The notes under the pieces are model-generated. The model saw only the letters and a program-made list of their open reading frames with translations, made no database searches and had not been told where the DNA came from. Made by a program: the position numbers and the translations under genes. DNA of 56,133 bases from the IMG/VR virus record IMGVR_UViG_3300024232_000014, positions 1 to 56,133 of that record, one strand, 5' to 3'. The DNA is from a virus (taxonomy: Duplodnaviria; Caudoviricetes). Shown one piece after another: positions 19,467-27,753 of this stretch (its first letter is position 1; each line of letters begins with the position of its first letter).

Positions 19467-20092
19467 TTCAGTGCCTTGGCCTGGGCAATCGCCGTGGCCG
19501 CTGCCGTCAGGTACTGCTGGATCTGCTTGTTAAGCGCCTGGATCTGCGTCCTGAGCTGGTTCTGCGAGGCGGTGGTGTTGAGGCTGGAGGTAGAGCCCGG
19601 TGCCTGCGTGAGGCTGGACGAGGTGCCTGCCGGGTTAGTTGCCCCGGTCGCTGCGGTCGCCGGTGCAGGCGCGCTCGATGCCGTCGTGGAGCCCGCCTGG
19701 CTGCCGGTGGTCGAGCCCGACTGGCCCATGTTCACCTGGCCGCTCGCGCTGGCCAGCTCCTTCTGGAGCAGGTCGCGCTTGGCGATCAGCTCGTGCGCCT
19801 TCTGCCGGTCGCTGGCTGCCGAGGTGAGCAGTACGTGCTTCTGGTGCTGCACGTGCGCCGCGTGCGCCGAGGCAGGCACCGACTTGGGCAGCGGGACGCC
19901 CTTGACGCCCTTGCCCTTCGGCGCGGGCTTGCTGCCCTTGCCCGCCGTTGCCTGGCCCTGGCCGCCCTTGGTGAACTCGCCCGCGACGTTGCGCGCTTCC
20001 TTCTTGGCGTTAGCCGAGCGCGCGTTGCCGCTGCCCGCCGAGGTCGAGCGCGGTCCGCTTGCGCTGCTGGTGGCCGGAGCCGCGAGCAGCAC
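19463..20092 (-). CDS. low-complexity coiled-coil protein; probable -1 frameshift extension of 20092..22866
   Basis: No well-spaced RBS before GTG; lies in the -1 frame just after C CCA AAA; contains RNVAGEF motif. Confidence 0.6.
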   Translation of the reverse strand: MLLAAPATSSASGPRSTSAGSGNARSANAKKEARNVAGEFTKGGQGQATAGKGSKPAPKGKGVKGVPLPKSVPASAHAAHVQHQKHVLLTSAASDRQKAHELIAKRDLLQKELASASGQVNMGQSGSTTGSQAGSTTASSAPAPATAATGATNPAGTSSSLTQAPGSTSSLNTTASQNQLRTQIQALNKQIQQYLTAAATAIAQAKALK

Positions 20093-22866
20093 TACCCTTT
20101 TGGGAGCAGTACCGCCAGCTCGACAGCTCGGGATGCGTCGTCCCAGTTAGACAGGCCTGCATTGCGCCGCCTGGTAGCCGCCGTGCGCCGCGCTGCCTGG
20201 GCGCTCGTCTCGCCGAACGCGGAGCGCTGCTCCCTGGTCAGGAGCGGCCCGGCCAGGTTCTCCATGTTCCGCCCGCCTGGGTTCTTCATCCTTGGCGGTG
20301 CGGTGTACGGAGCTACCTTGGGCGGCCCGAACGGGTCGCGGGGAGCCTTCGGCACCGAGCGCCGGGCGGGAGCGGTGCGCGCCGCGTACGCCTTGGCGGC
20401 TGCCTCGCGCGCCGCGTTGGCCTTCGGCGAGGTGTCGATGCGCCCTGTGCGGTTGCCGGACGGCAGGCTGCCCAGGGTGCCCGCGTGGCGCTGGATCTGC
20501 TCGCCGAGGCCGCTGTCCGAGCCGTGCGCGAACTCCGACCTGGCCGACTTCCCGGCCGCCGCGACGTGCGCCCTGGCCCGGTCGTAGTCACCGGCCCCGA
20601 TCGCCCTGGCCGCGCTGCGCAGCGAGTTGGCCGAGGAGGACCCGCCGCGCCGCTGGAAGCTGCCGTAGCCCTCGGAGTCGTCCGTGGCGTTGTACAGCGG
20701 GGCACCGACTCCTGCCCGGTCCGGGTCGTTGTTGCGCAGCATGGCCGCCCGCTCCGCCTTGTCGGCGAGGTCGTGGAGCCGCTGCACGTGCTCGGCCGGG
20801 GAGAGCTTGCCGCCCTGGCCCCGGTTGAAGTCGCCCTTGGGCGCGTGCTCGACCTGCGAGTGCCCCTTGACGGTCTGCTTGTAGACCTTGCCGGTGCGCT
20901 CGTGCATCACCCGCAGGGTGACCTTGCTGTTCTTGCCGCTGCCGTGGTGCTCCGCCGACAGCACGCGGTGCGGGCCGAAGCCCGCCCGGCCGCCCTCGAA
21001 GCTCGCCATCAGCCGGTCGCCCGCCTTGACCGCCGAGGCGTGCGTGCTGCGGTGACCGCCCTTGTGCGGCGTCGGGTCGAAGCCTGGGTCGCCTGCGCGC
21101 TTGAAGCCGTGGGACCAGCCTCCGGCACCGACCAGGTTGATCTCGCGGGCGGCGGTGCCGCCGGACAGGTTCCTCAACTTCTTCCCCTTAGCAGTGCGCG
21201 CGGTGTCGTCCGCTGCCTGGTCGATGACAGCCCCGGCGTGCGAGATGTGCTTGCCGAGCGTGTAGGAGTTGCCGATGGCGTTGCGGTAGGTCGCATCGCC
21301 ACGGCCTCCGGCGTAGAACTCGTGACTGCGCAGCGTGTTCTGCGCCGCGCGCAGATGCTGGCCGGCAGTGTCGAAGTCGCCGCGCCGCACAGCGTCGGCT
21401 GCCGTGCGGACGTGATCGCCGAGGCCCTTGCCGGGGTGGTCGCTGTCGAGCTTGCCTGCCAGCTCGCCGAGCGACTTAGCCCATTCGCCGTGGGCACCGC
21501 GCAGCTCGTCCTGCCAGCCCAGCTCAACGGCGCGCTGTCCGGTATTCGAGTACCCGCCCTGGCGGGACGGCGGCAGCGGGCCCGGCTGGTCGTTGCCCAG
21601 CGGGTTCCAGGCCCTGGCGATGGGGTTGCGCTGCCCTGGCTCTTTCACCTTCCCGCGCGAGCGGGCCACCTGCGCGCCGATGGTGTCGATCCGGCGCGCG
21701 TGGATGTCGTCGGCGCTGCCATGGTGCTCGCTGCCGTACGCGCCCCGGCCGATAGCCCCGGACGCGTTGATCAGGTGCCCCCTGGCCTGGGCGAGGTCGC
21801 CCTTGGCCAGCGCCTCGTGCGCCATGCCCAGGTACTGCTGGGTGCTTCTGTGGCTGCCTGCGTGGTCGGATGCGGCGATGCTGGAGCTGACTGCCTTGAC
21901 GGCCGCCGCGAGCTGCCCGCTGGTCCACTTCCCGCCCTTGCCACGGCGCTCGCTCATCCAGGCCGGTGCAAGCTCGATAGCGTCTGCACGCCCGTTTGCG
22001 TGTGCGTGTGCACGTGCCTGGGCGGCGATCTCCATGGCCTCTGCTCCTGTCGCGGCAGCTCTCACCTCGGGGTGCTTGCTCTTGGCACCCCACTTGCGGA
22101 TGGAAGCCCGCGCGATGCCGTAGGCCCTGCCCGGCGGCATGCCGCGCTTCTCGATGAGCGCCTTGACCACCTGCTGGAGGTACGGAGAGTGCTCGTTGCC
22201 CTTGACGCGGTACAGGCCGGGACCGCCTGGCCGCCCTCGCGGTGCGGGGGTGACGGCGAGGCGCGCGGTCTCCGCCGACAGCTCGACCGCCGTGGTGAGG
22301 TCGCCGCTGTTGCTCGCCGCGATCTGCTTGGTGACGTGCCAGCTCGTGACGCTCTTGGGCTTGGCCACGTTCTCGTCGACTCCGCCGGTCGGCAGCTCCG
22401 CAGGCGTCTGCATCGGGTTAGCGCCCTTGCGCGCCGAGGGGATGTCGCTGTTGGGCATCCCTGTCTCGTCGCCCGGCATCTGCCCCATGGCCGTCAGGTT
22501 CTCGTTGTGCGCCTCGTGGTCCTGGATGTCCTTGACCAGCAGCAGGTGCCGGTGCACCGCGTCCATGTGCGCCTTGGCCTGGTGGTACTCGGCGTCCGTG
22601 ACCATTCCGTGACGGTACAGGCTCTGCGGCTGGAAATTGCCGATAGCGGCGTTCAGGTGCCGCACCGCGCCCTCGCTGTTCTGGCGCTCCAGCGCGTTGG
22701 CCGCGTCCTTCAGGTGCTGGTGGGAGCCCATGCGAGGGTGGTGGTCCTCCAGCTCCTTCGCCAGCGCCCGGATCTGCACGACGGTCTCCCGGCGCATCTG
22801 GCCGGTCGGCTTCCAGGCGTTCTGCCTGGCCTGGGGCGGGCGGTACACGCCCTTCCTACCGCTCAC
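20092..22866 (-). CDS. large basic multi-module head-associated protein
   Basis: 924 aa Ala/Gly/His/Arg-rich; repeated helical modules (A..A...GD...A..HL..A) separated by xSN..[VI]EL[ASG] motifs. Confidence 0.75.
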   Translation of the reverse strand: MSGRKGVYRPPQARQNAWKPTGQMRRETVVQIRALAKELEDHHPRMGSHQHLKDAANALERQNSEGAVRHLNAAIGNFQPQSLYRHGMVTDAEYHQAKAHMDAVHRHLLLVKDIQDHEAHNENLTAMGQMPGDETGMPNSDIPSARKGANPMQTPAELPTGGVDENVAKPKSVTSWHVTKQIAASNSGDLTTAVELSAETARLAVTPAPRGRPGGPGLYRVKGNEHSPYLQQVVKALIEKRGMPPGRAYGIARASIRKWGAKSKHPEVRAAATGAEAMEIAAQARAHAHANGRADAIELAPAWMSERRGKGGKWTSGQLAAAVKAVSSSIAASDHAGSHRSTQQYLGMAHEALAKGDLAQARGHLINASGAIGRGAYGSEHHGSADDIHARRIDTIGAQVARSRGKVKEPGQRNPIARAWNPLGNDQPGPLPPSRQGGYSNTGQRAVELGWQDELRGAHGEWAKSLGELAGKLDSDHPGKGLGDHVRTAADAVRRGDFDTAGQHLRAAQNTLRSHEFYAGGRGDATYRNAIGNSYTLGKHISHAGAVIDQAADDTARTAKGKKLRNLSGGTAAREINLVGAGGWSHGFKRAGDPGFDPTPHKGGHRSTHASAVKAGDRLMASFEGGRAGFGPHRVLSAEHHGSGKNSKVTLRVMHERTGKVYKQTVKGHSQVEHAPKGDFNRGQGGKLSPAEHVQRLHDLADKAERAAMLRNNDPDRAGVGAPLYNATDDSEGYGSFQRRGGSSSANSLRSAARAIGAGDYDRARAHVAAAGKSARSEFAHGSDSGLGEQIQRHAGTLGSLPSGNRTGRIDTSPKANAAREAAAKAYAARTAPARRSVPKAPRDPFGPPKVAPYTAPPRMKNPGGRNMENLAGPLLTREQRSAFGETSAQAARRTAATRRRNAGLSNWDDASRAVELAVLLPKG

Positions 22867-23509
22867 TCAGCAGCATCCTTCCCCCAGGCCACGGTCGGCC
22901 CGGATAACAGCGGCAGTGCGGGTGAACTCCGCCGGGGTAACCGATCAGGGGCATGTGGTCTACCAGGAAGTTCTTCCCGTTCGCATGCCTGCATTCTGCC
23001 GAGGTTCGCTTGTCAAGTACAGTGTGCCATCCGAGCAGCCTGCCGTAAGTCATGGCGGCTGAGTCTGCCTGTGCTCCTGCCTGCGACCGTTTCCAGATGG
23101 CCTGGAGGTGCGAGCCGAAGTAGCGCCGCTCGCGGTCGTAGGCCTCGCGCAGCGCCTGCGGCAGGGACACGCCGCGCGAGCGCGCCGTCTTCAGGTCGGT
23201 CATCACGCGCCGCGAGGATGCGATGGCGAACTGGACGCGCCGCATCAGGTTGAGCCGGGCGGTCCGCGCGGTCGCCGCGCCGAAGAATCCCTGCTGCTCG
23301 GGCGGCATGCTCATGATCACGTCGACCGACACGCGCATGGCGCGCGGGGAGATCCCGGCGGTCTTCAGCGCCGCCAGCACCGTGACGGAGCCCAGGATCT
23401 CCGCCGTGGAGACGTACGTGGCCAGGGCAGCCGCCAGCGCCGCTACGAGCTGCGCGTCCTGCTGCGGGCTAGGTGCCTGCTGCGGTGGTGCCGCCGTCGT
23501 TGCTGGCAC
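22856..23509 (-). CDS. MuF-like (SPP1 gp7 family) minor head protein
   Basis: W.TVLD.RTS.EC....G...PG.VHPHCRC C-terminal signature; downstream of portal. Confidence 0.8.
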   Translation of the reverse strand: MPATTAAPPQQAPSPQQDAQLVAALAAALATYVSTAEILGSVTVLAALKTAGISPRAMRVSVDVIMSMPPEQQGFFGAATARTARLNLMRRVQFAIASSRRVMTDLKTARSRGVSLPQALREAYDRERRYFGSHLQAIWKRSQAGAQADSAAMTYGRLLGWHTVLDKRTSAECRHANGKNFLVDHMPLIGYPGGVHPHCRCYPGRPWPGGRMLLSER

Positions 23510-23813
23510 GGGTCCTTCTCTTTCGCTGCGTGCGGAAGATCATCACTGAGCGCCAGGCGAGAACGGCCGGGATAGTGGCCAGGGCTATCACGTCAACCCA
23601 GGCCAGGGACGTGAACGTGACGCCGAAGTCATAGCGCAGGACCAGCGAGAACGTCGCCGCCGCCAGGCAGTAGTCCATGGCGACCATGGTCTGGCCCATC
23701 CAGTCGCGCCACCAGGGCCATACCCAGATGATGAGGAACGGGAAGGCAATGGCAGACCAGAACGCCAGGTTGACAGCCCACTCGACAGCATCAATAAGTG
23801 GCTGGTCGATCAC
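23469..23813 (-). CDS. putative holin-like membrane protein
   Basis: Three hydrophobic segments, WPWWR..GQ motif, basic C-terminus. Confidence 0.55.
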   Translation of the reverse strand: MIDQPLIDAVEWAVNLAFWSAIAFPFLIIWVWPWWRDWMGQTMVAMDYCLAAATFSLVLRYDFGVTFTSLAWVDVIALATIPAVLAWRSVMIFRTQRKRRTRASNDGGTTAAGT

Positions 23814-24028
23814 GTTCTGCCGTACCTCTCCGCCCTGCGCCGGATGATGTCGTTGACTAGCGGCTGTATGTGGTTCTCCTTGTGCATATCACGCAATGGT
23901 ACGGTTACTTCCCCGTGCGTGACAGCAAGGTGCCGCGCGGCTTCAGCTCGCGCTTTCCTGGCTTCTTCGAGCCCGTTCTTGTGGTTCATTGCCCGGCGCA
24001 TCTCCCTGCTCCTACGGAACCACCACAT
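23810..24028 (-). CDS. small hypothetical protein of actinophage membrane-gene trio
   Basis: MWWFRR...ENH motif; between two membrane genes. Confidence 0.55.
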   Translation of the reverse strand: MWWFRRSREMRRAMNHKNGLEEARKARAEAARHLAVTHGEVTVPLRDMHKENHIQPLVNDIIRRRAERYGRT

Positions 24029-24307
24029 TCATTCCAGCTCCTTGCTTGCCTGGCGGAGTCCGGTCATCACATCCCGGACTATCCTGCCGGTGGCCTCACT
24101 GGCATCGCCGCGAGCGCGTTCGAGCTTCCACGCCTCTTTCCACTCGTCGCACTCGGCACTCTTCTGTGCATACCTGATGTTGGCGTCGTCGAGCTGCTTC
24201 TTGGTAGATATCTGCCCGGTAATGAACAAGGCAACGATGACGACGCAAACGCTGACGACGCCAGCCCCCGCGCCGCCGAATAGGTTCGCCAGCTCGACGG
24301 GCGACAA
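24029..24307 (-). CDS. single-pass membrane protein with coiled coil
   Basis: N-terminal TM (VVSVCVVIVALFITG), then W..AW..ER coiled coil. Confidence 0.6.
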   Translation of the reverse strand: MSPVELANLFGGAGAGVVSVCVVIVALFITGQISTKKQLDDANIRYAQKSAECDEWKEAWKLERARGDASEATGRIVRDVMTGLRQASKELE

Positions 24308-24328
24308 CTTTCGCCTCCCTTGCGTTTG

Positions 24329-25978
24329 TCATGCCATCTGTCCAGGTGGGGGTGTCATCGGCGGCTTCGCCGGTGGAGTAGGCGGTCCTGACTGCGGCGC
24401 GAGGCCGGGTGCGCGCTGGCCAGGTGGCGGAGGCTGGCGCAGCGCGCCGGGGTTCTGCGCCCCGGCTCGCTGGGCGATGCTGAACGCCGCGTTCGTCATC
24501 CCCTGCACAGCGCCGAGACCGGCTGCTGCCTCGGGAGGCATGCCGGGCGGCGGGTTGCCCGCGAGCTGCTCGGCTCTCTGGTTGGCGGTGGAGACCAGGG
24601 CATCGTGCACGGCATCCTGGTCGAGCTGGAGGATCGAGGCCATGCGCTCGGTGATCAGGTCGAAGACCGGCAGCGGGATGTGCAGCACCTGGGCGGCCGA
24701 GAGCTGGCCGAACAGGGTGAGCAGCGCCTGCGCCTGCTCGTCCTCCAGCGGGCCGAACTTCCAGGTGGGGAAGGACGCCTTGGTGCCGAAGTTGAGCAGG
24801 ATCAGCGGGCGGATGATGTCGTAGCTGATCGACTCGCTGACTTCCTCGGCGATGGCCTGGCGGGACTTCAGGAAGAAGCTGCTCTGGTCCTGGGACAGGG
24901 CATAGCTGCCCTTGCCGCCGGTCGCGCCGCCGGTCAGCGCGAGGAAGCCCGCCAGGATCGAGTGCGTCTGCCAGCTCTCCAGGAAGTTCATCGCGGCCGA
25001 GAAGAACGCCCCGCCGTCGCCGCTGCTCTCCAGCACCTCGAAGGTCTTCTGGCCGTCGGCCGGCCGGATGAGGCCGACCACGCCGGAGGACTTGAGCGCG
25101 GCTATGTCCGAGGCCTTCGTGTTCGCCTCGGGCTGGTCGTTGCCGTAGACCACGGTCCTGGGCAGCGCCTGGTTCTCCAGGAAGTGATACCAGAGGTACA
25201 GGAGCTTCATCTTGGTCTGGTAGCACCAGTAGCAGACTTCCATCTCCGACGCGCCGGTCAGCGGCTCGCGGTACTTCCCGTGCGTGTAGATGTACGAGCG
25301 CATTTTCGGGATGTCGACGTAGCCCGGTACCTTCTGCTTGCGGTTGAGCATCAGGTTGCCGCCGAAGAGCCAGACCTGCTGACGGAATCCGTTGGCCTGG
25401 CCTGTGCGGTCGTTGTACCTGGCCTGGCAGGTGGACGGCGGCCGGTAGGAGATCCGCTCGTAGATGACCTTCTCGTCGTCGTCCCTGATGGTGAAGGTCT
25501 TCTCGAAGAAGGAACGCCGGTAGAGCTGCGCGGTAGTGATCTGGCCAACCAGGTCGGTGACCGGCGTCTTCATGCCGCCCTCGGTGTCGGGGGTCATCAG
25601 CACGCCGTGGATGAACTCCGCCTCGCCGCTGTCGCCCTTGCCGCCCTGGATCATCCTGCCCGCCTGCCTGATCGGCAGGGTGAGCGCGCTGGACAGCGCA
25701 GCGGAGATGCCGTCGCGGGCGAGCATGACCTTCATGTCGCGAGCGCCCCACGAGCCGTAGTCGAAGACGTCGCCCTCGCCGTAGTACGCGAACAGCCGCT
25801 GCCCCCAGTCGAACTGGGTGCCGATCTCAGCCCCCATCAGGGCGCTCTTGCCGCCGTAGGCGTGACTCCCCTTCGGCGCGAGGTCCGGGAAATCGTAGAC
25901 CTGGGCGGTCTTCCCGTCCTGCTTGACCGTAGAAGTGCCGTTACTGCGTGGTGGCATCTCGTGAACCTCCAGCGTCAA
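24329..25978 (-). CDS. portal protein (Mu gp29/DUF935-like)
   Basis: Follows TerL; M...DG..A.L....LPI, GSYALS..Q..FF, IIRPLI.LNFG....P...F motifs. Confidence 0.88.
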   Translation of the reverse strand: MTLEVHEMPPRSNGTSTVKQDGKTAQVYDFPDLAPKGSHAYGGKSALMGAEIGTQFDWGQRLFAYYGEGDVFDYGSWGARDMKVMLARDGISAALSSALTLPIRQAGRMIQGGKGDSGEAEFIHGVLMTPDTEGGMKTPVTDLVGQITTAQLYRRSFFEKTFTIRDDDEKVIYERISYRPPSTCQARYNDRTGQANGFRQQVWLFGGNLMLNRKQKVPGYVDIPKMRSYIYTHGKYREPLTGASEMEVCYWCYQTKMKLLYLWYHFLENQALPRTVVYGNDQPEANTKASDIAALKSSGVVGLIRPADGQKTFEVLESSGDGGAFFSAAMNFLESWQTHSILAGFLALTGGATGGKGSYALSQDQSSFFLKSRQAIAEEVSESISYDIIRPLILLNFGTKASFPTWKFGPLEDEQAQALLTLFGQLSAAQVLHIPLPVFDLITERMASILQLDQDAVHDALVSTANQRAEQLAGNPPPGMPPEAAAGLGAVQGMTNAAFSIAQRAGAQNPGALRQPPPPGQRAPGLAPQSGPPTPPAKPPMTPPPGQMA

Positions 25979-25988
25979 TCATGCCTGG

Positions 25989-27749
25989 CTAGCGCCAGGA
26001 ATGCACTGCCGCCCGGCTAGGACGAACGTCTTCTCTTTCATCAGCAACAGACTGCGGCGCAAACCCGTCCGTGCTCCAGTCGCCTCCAGCCTGGTTGAGC
26101 GGCCCGCCGGAGGCTTCCTCCAGCCGCCGCGCCATGCGCGAGTCGTGGCTGTCCTCGGGCATCTCGAAGCCGATCCTGCCTCCGGCCGCGTCCAGGATGT
26201 CCCCGCTGTCCAGAGCGTAGTCGTACGACCTGGCTGCCTCTGGCTCGCGGCCGGACAGGTACAGGAACTTGGTCATGCCCCAGACCAGGGAGTCGAGCCG
26301 GTCCGGCGAGCGCTCCTTGGCCGCGCCGGTGAACGTGCACATCTGGTCTTCCAGCTCGACCATCGACTCGACCGCCAGCTCGCCGAACGCGTCCTTGGCC
26401 AGCATCTTGCAGTGCTTGACCTTGTTGCGCTGGTAGAGCGCGGCTACCGGCTCGGCGCGCGTCCGCTTGTTCTGGCTGGACCAGACCTCTTCGACGTACG
26501 GCACCCGGCCGGGCGGCATGACCGGCTCGAACTTGCGGCACTCACACTCCTCGTCGCGGCAGCGCCCTGCCTTGGCGTGCTCGTGCGCGCAGTTCGCGCA
26601 CTCAGCTTGCAACTCCTTGATCACCTGGTGGAACATGGCGACCATCCACTTGCCGCCGTGGTTGCGCTCGACGACGATCCGCGCCTCCCACTCGATCGCC
26701 TTCAGCACGACGCGGCGCGCGAACAGCGGCGGGGACTCCTGGCCGCCCCAGTTCTCGGCGACATACACGGTGTCATCGCCGCCGAAGCCGAGGCCCATGA
26801 TGGTGTAGGCCTGCTCGTCGCTGTTCTCCGAGCCGTCGGACGGGTCGACGCCGATGACCGCGTTCCGCAGGTAGGCCTCGCCCTCGGGCCCGCTGATCAC
26901 CGGCACCTGGATGCGCTCGATCAGCTCGCGCGTCCACAGCGAGTTGGGCACGTCGTCGAGCAGCACGCCTTCCAGCTCCTGCTGCTCCAGTCTCGTGCCC
27001 TTGTTCGCGCCGATGACAGCCCTGTAGAAGGCCTCAGACAGGTGCTTGCGGTTGTCGACGGTCCGCAGCCGCCGCACGATCACGCCGCCGTGCTGCGGCT
27101 CGTCGCGGACCAGGGAGCGGACCAGCTTGGCGGCCGGGCGGGCAGCCTTGGGCGTCCCGGTTGCGATGATCACCGACGCGCCCATACGGACCGCGTACCG
27201 CAGCGACTCGTTCCAGGTAGTGTCCCACTTGTCCCAGAGCCCTACCTCGTCGCACCAGGCAGCCTTCAGGTTGCGGCCCTGGATGCGCAGGCCGCCTTCT
27301 GCGGCCGAGTCGGCGTAGATGATGATGCCGTTGTGCAGGACCACCTGGCCGTACGTCCGCCAGGCACTGCGCACCGTCTTGGAGCGGTGGTCCTTGATCT
27401 CGGCCATCGAGGTGCCGAGCGCCCGCAGGATGCCGCTCTCGCCCTCCACGCACTTGGTCCAGGCGTCGGCGTAGGTGGGCGCGATGATGCCGTACTCGCC
27501 CTCGCCGTCGGTGTCAGCCAGCACGAGGTCCGCTAGCCCCTGCGCGCCTGCCCTGGTCTTCCCGCTGCCACGGCCGCCGGACAGGTAGAGCACCCGCCAG
27601 GTGTTGTCTCTCTCGGGCAGGAGCTGCTCGGGCCTGGCAGTCTGACGCCAGCGCAGCCGGGGGTCCTCCGGAGCGCTGGCGTACCTCGTGCCTACCAGGC
27701 CGAGCGCCGCCACGTCGGAGTGGTGCGCCCCGATGGCGGTAATGCTCAT
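25989..27749 (-). CDS. terL: terminase large subunit
   Basis: Walker A GGRGSGKT, Walker B AWCDE, TGTP, QELEG, nuclease VIGVDP, K..RAEPVAALY, SPDRLDSLVW. Confidence 0.95.
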   Translation of the reverse strand: MSITAIGAHHSDVAALGLVGTRYASAPEDPRLRWRQTARPEQLLPERDNTWRVLYLSGGRGSGKTRAGAQGLADLVLADTDGEGEYGIIAPTYADAWTKCVEGESGILRALGTSMAEIKDHRSKTVRSAWRTYGQVVLHNGIIIYADSAAEGGLRIQGRNLKAAWCDEVGLWDKWDTTWNESLRYAVRMGASVIIATGTPKAARPAAKLVRSLVRDEPQHGGVIVRRLRTVDNRKHLSEAFYRAVIGANKGTRLEQQELEGVLLDDVPNSLWTRELIERIQVPVISGPEGEAYLRNAVIGVDPSDGSENSDEQAYTIMGLGFGGDDTVYVAENWGGQESPPLFARRVVLKAIEWEARIVVERNHGGKWMVAMFHQVIKELQAECANCAHEHAKAGRCRDEECECRKFEPVMPPGRVPYVEEVWSSQNKRTRAEPVAALYQRNKVKHCKMLAKDAFGELAVESMVELEDQMCTFTGAAKERSPDRLDSLVWGMTKFLYLSGREPEAARSYDYALDSGDILDAAGGRIGFEMPEDSHDSRMARRLEEASGGPLNQAGGDWSTDGFAPQSVADEREDVRPSRAAVHSWR

Positions 27750-27753
27750 CGCG

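Noticed and set aside
20059-23253. 1064-aa plus-strand ORF, and other long antisense ORFs such as 2928..5072, 16406..17911, 24605..26020 and 26001..27536
   Set aside because: Shadow frames of high-GC minus-strand genes; no recognisable motifs or RBS
25989-27749. Intein in TerL (also checked polymerase and helicase)
   Set aside because: No C/S...HN-C/S/T splice junctions and protein lengths are normal
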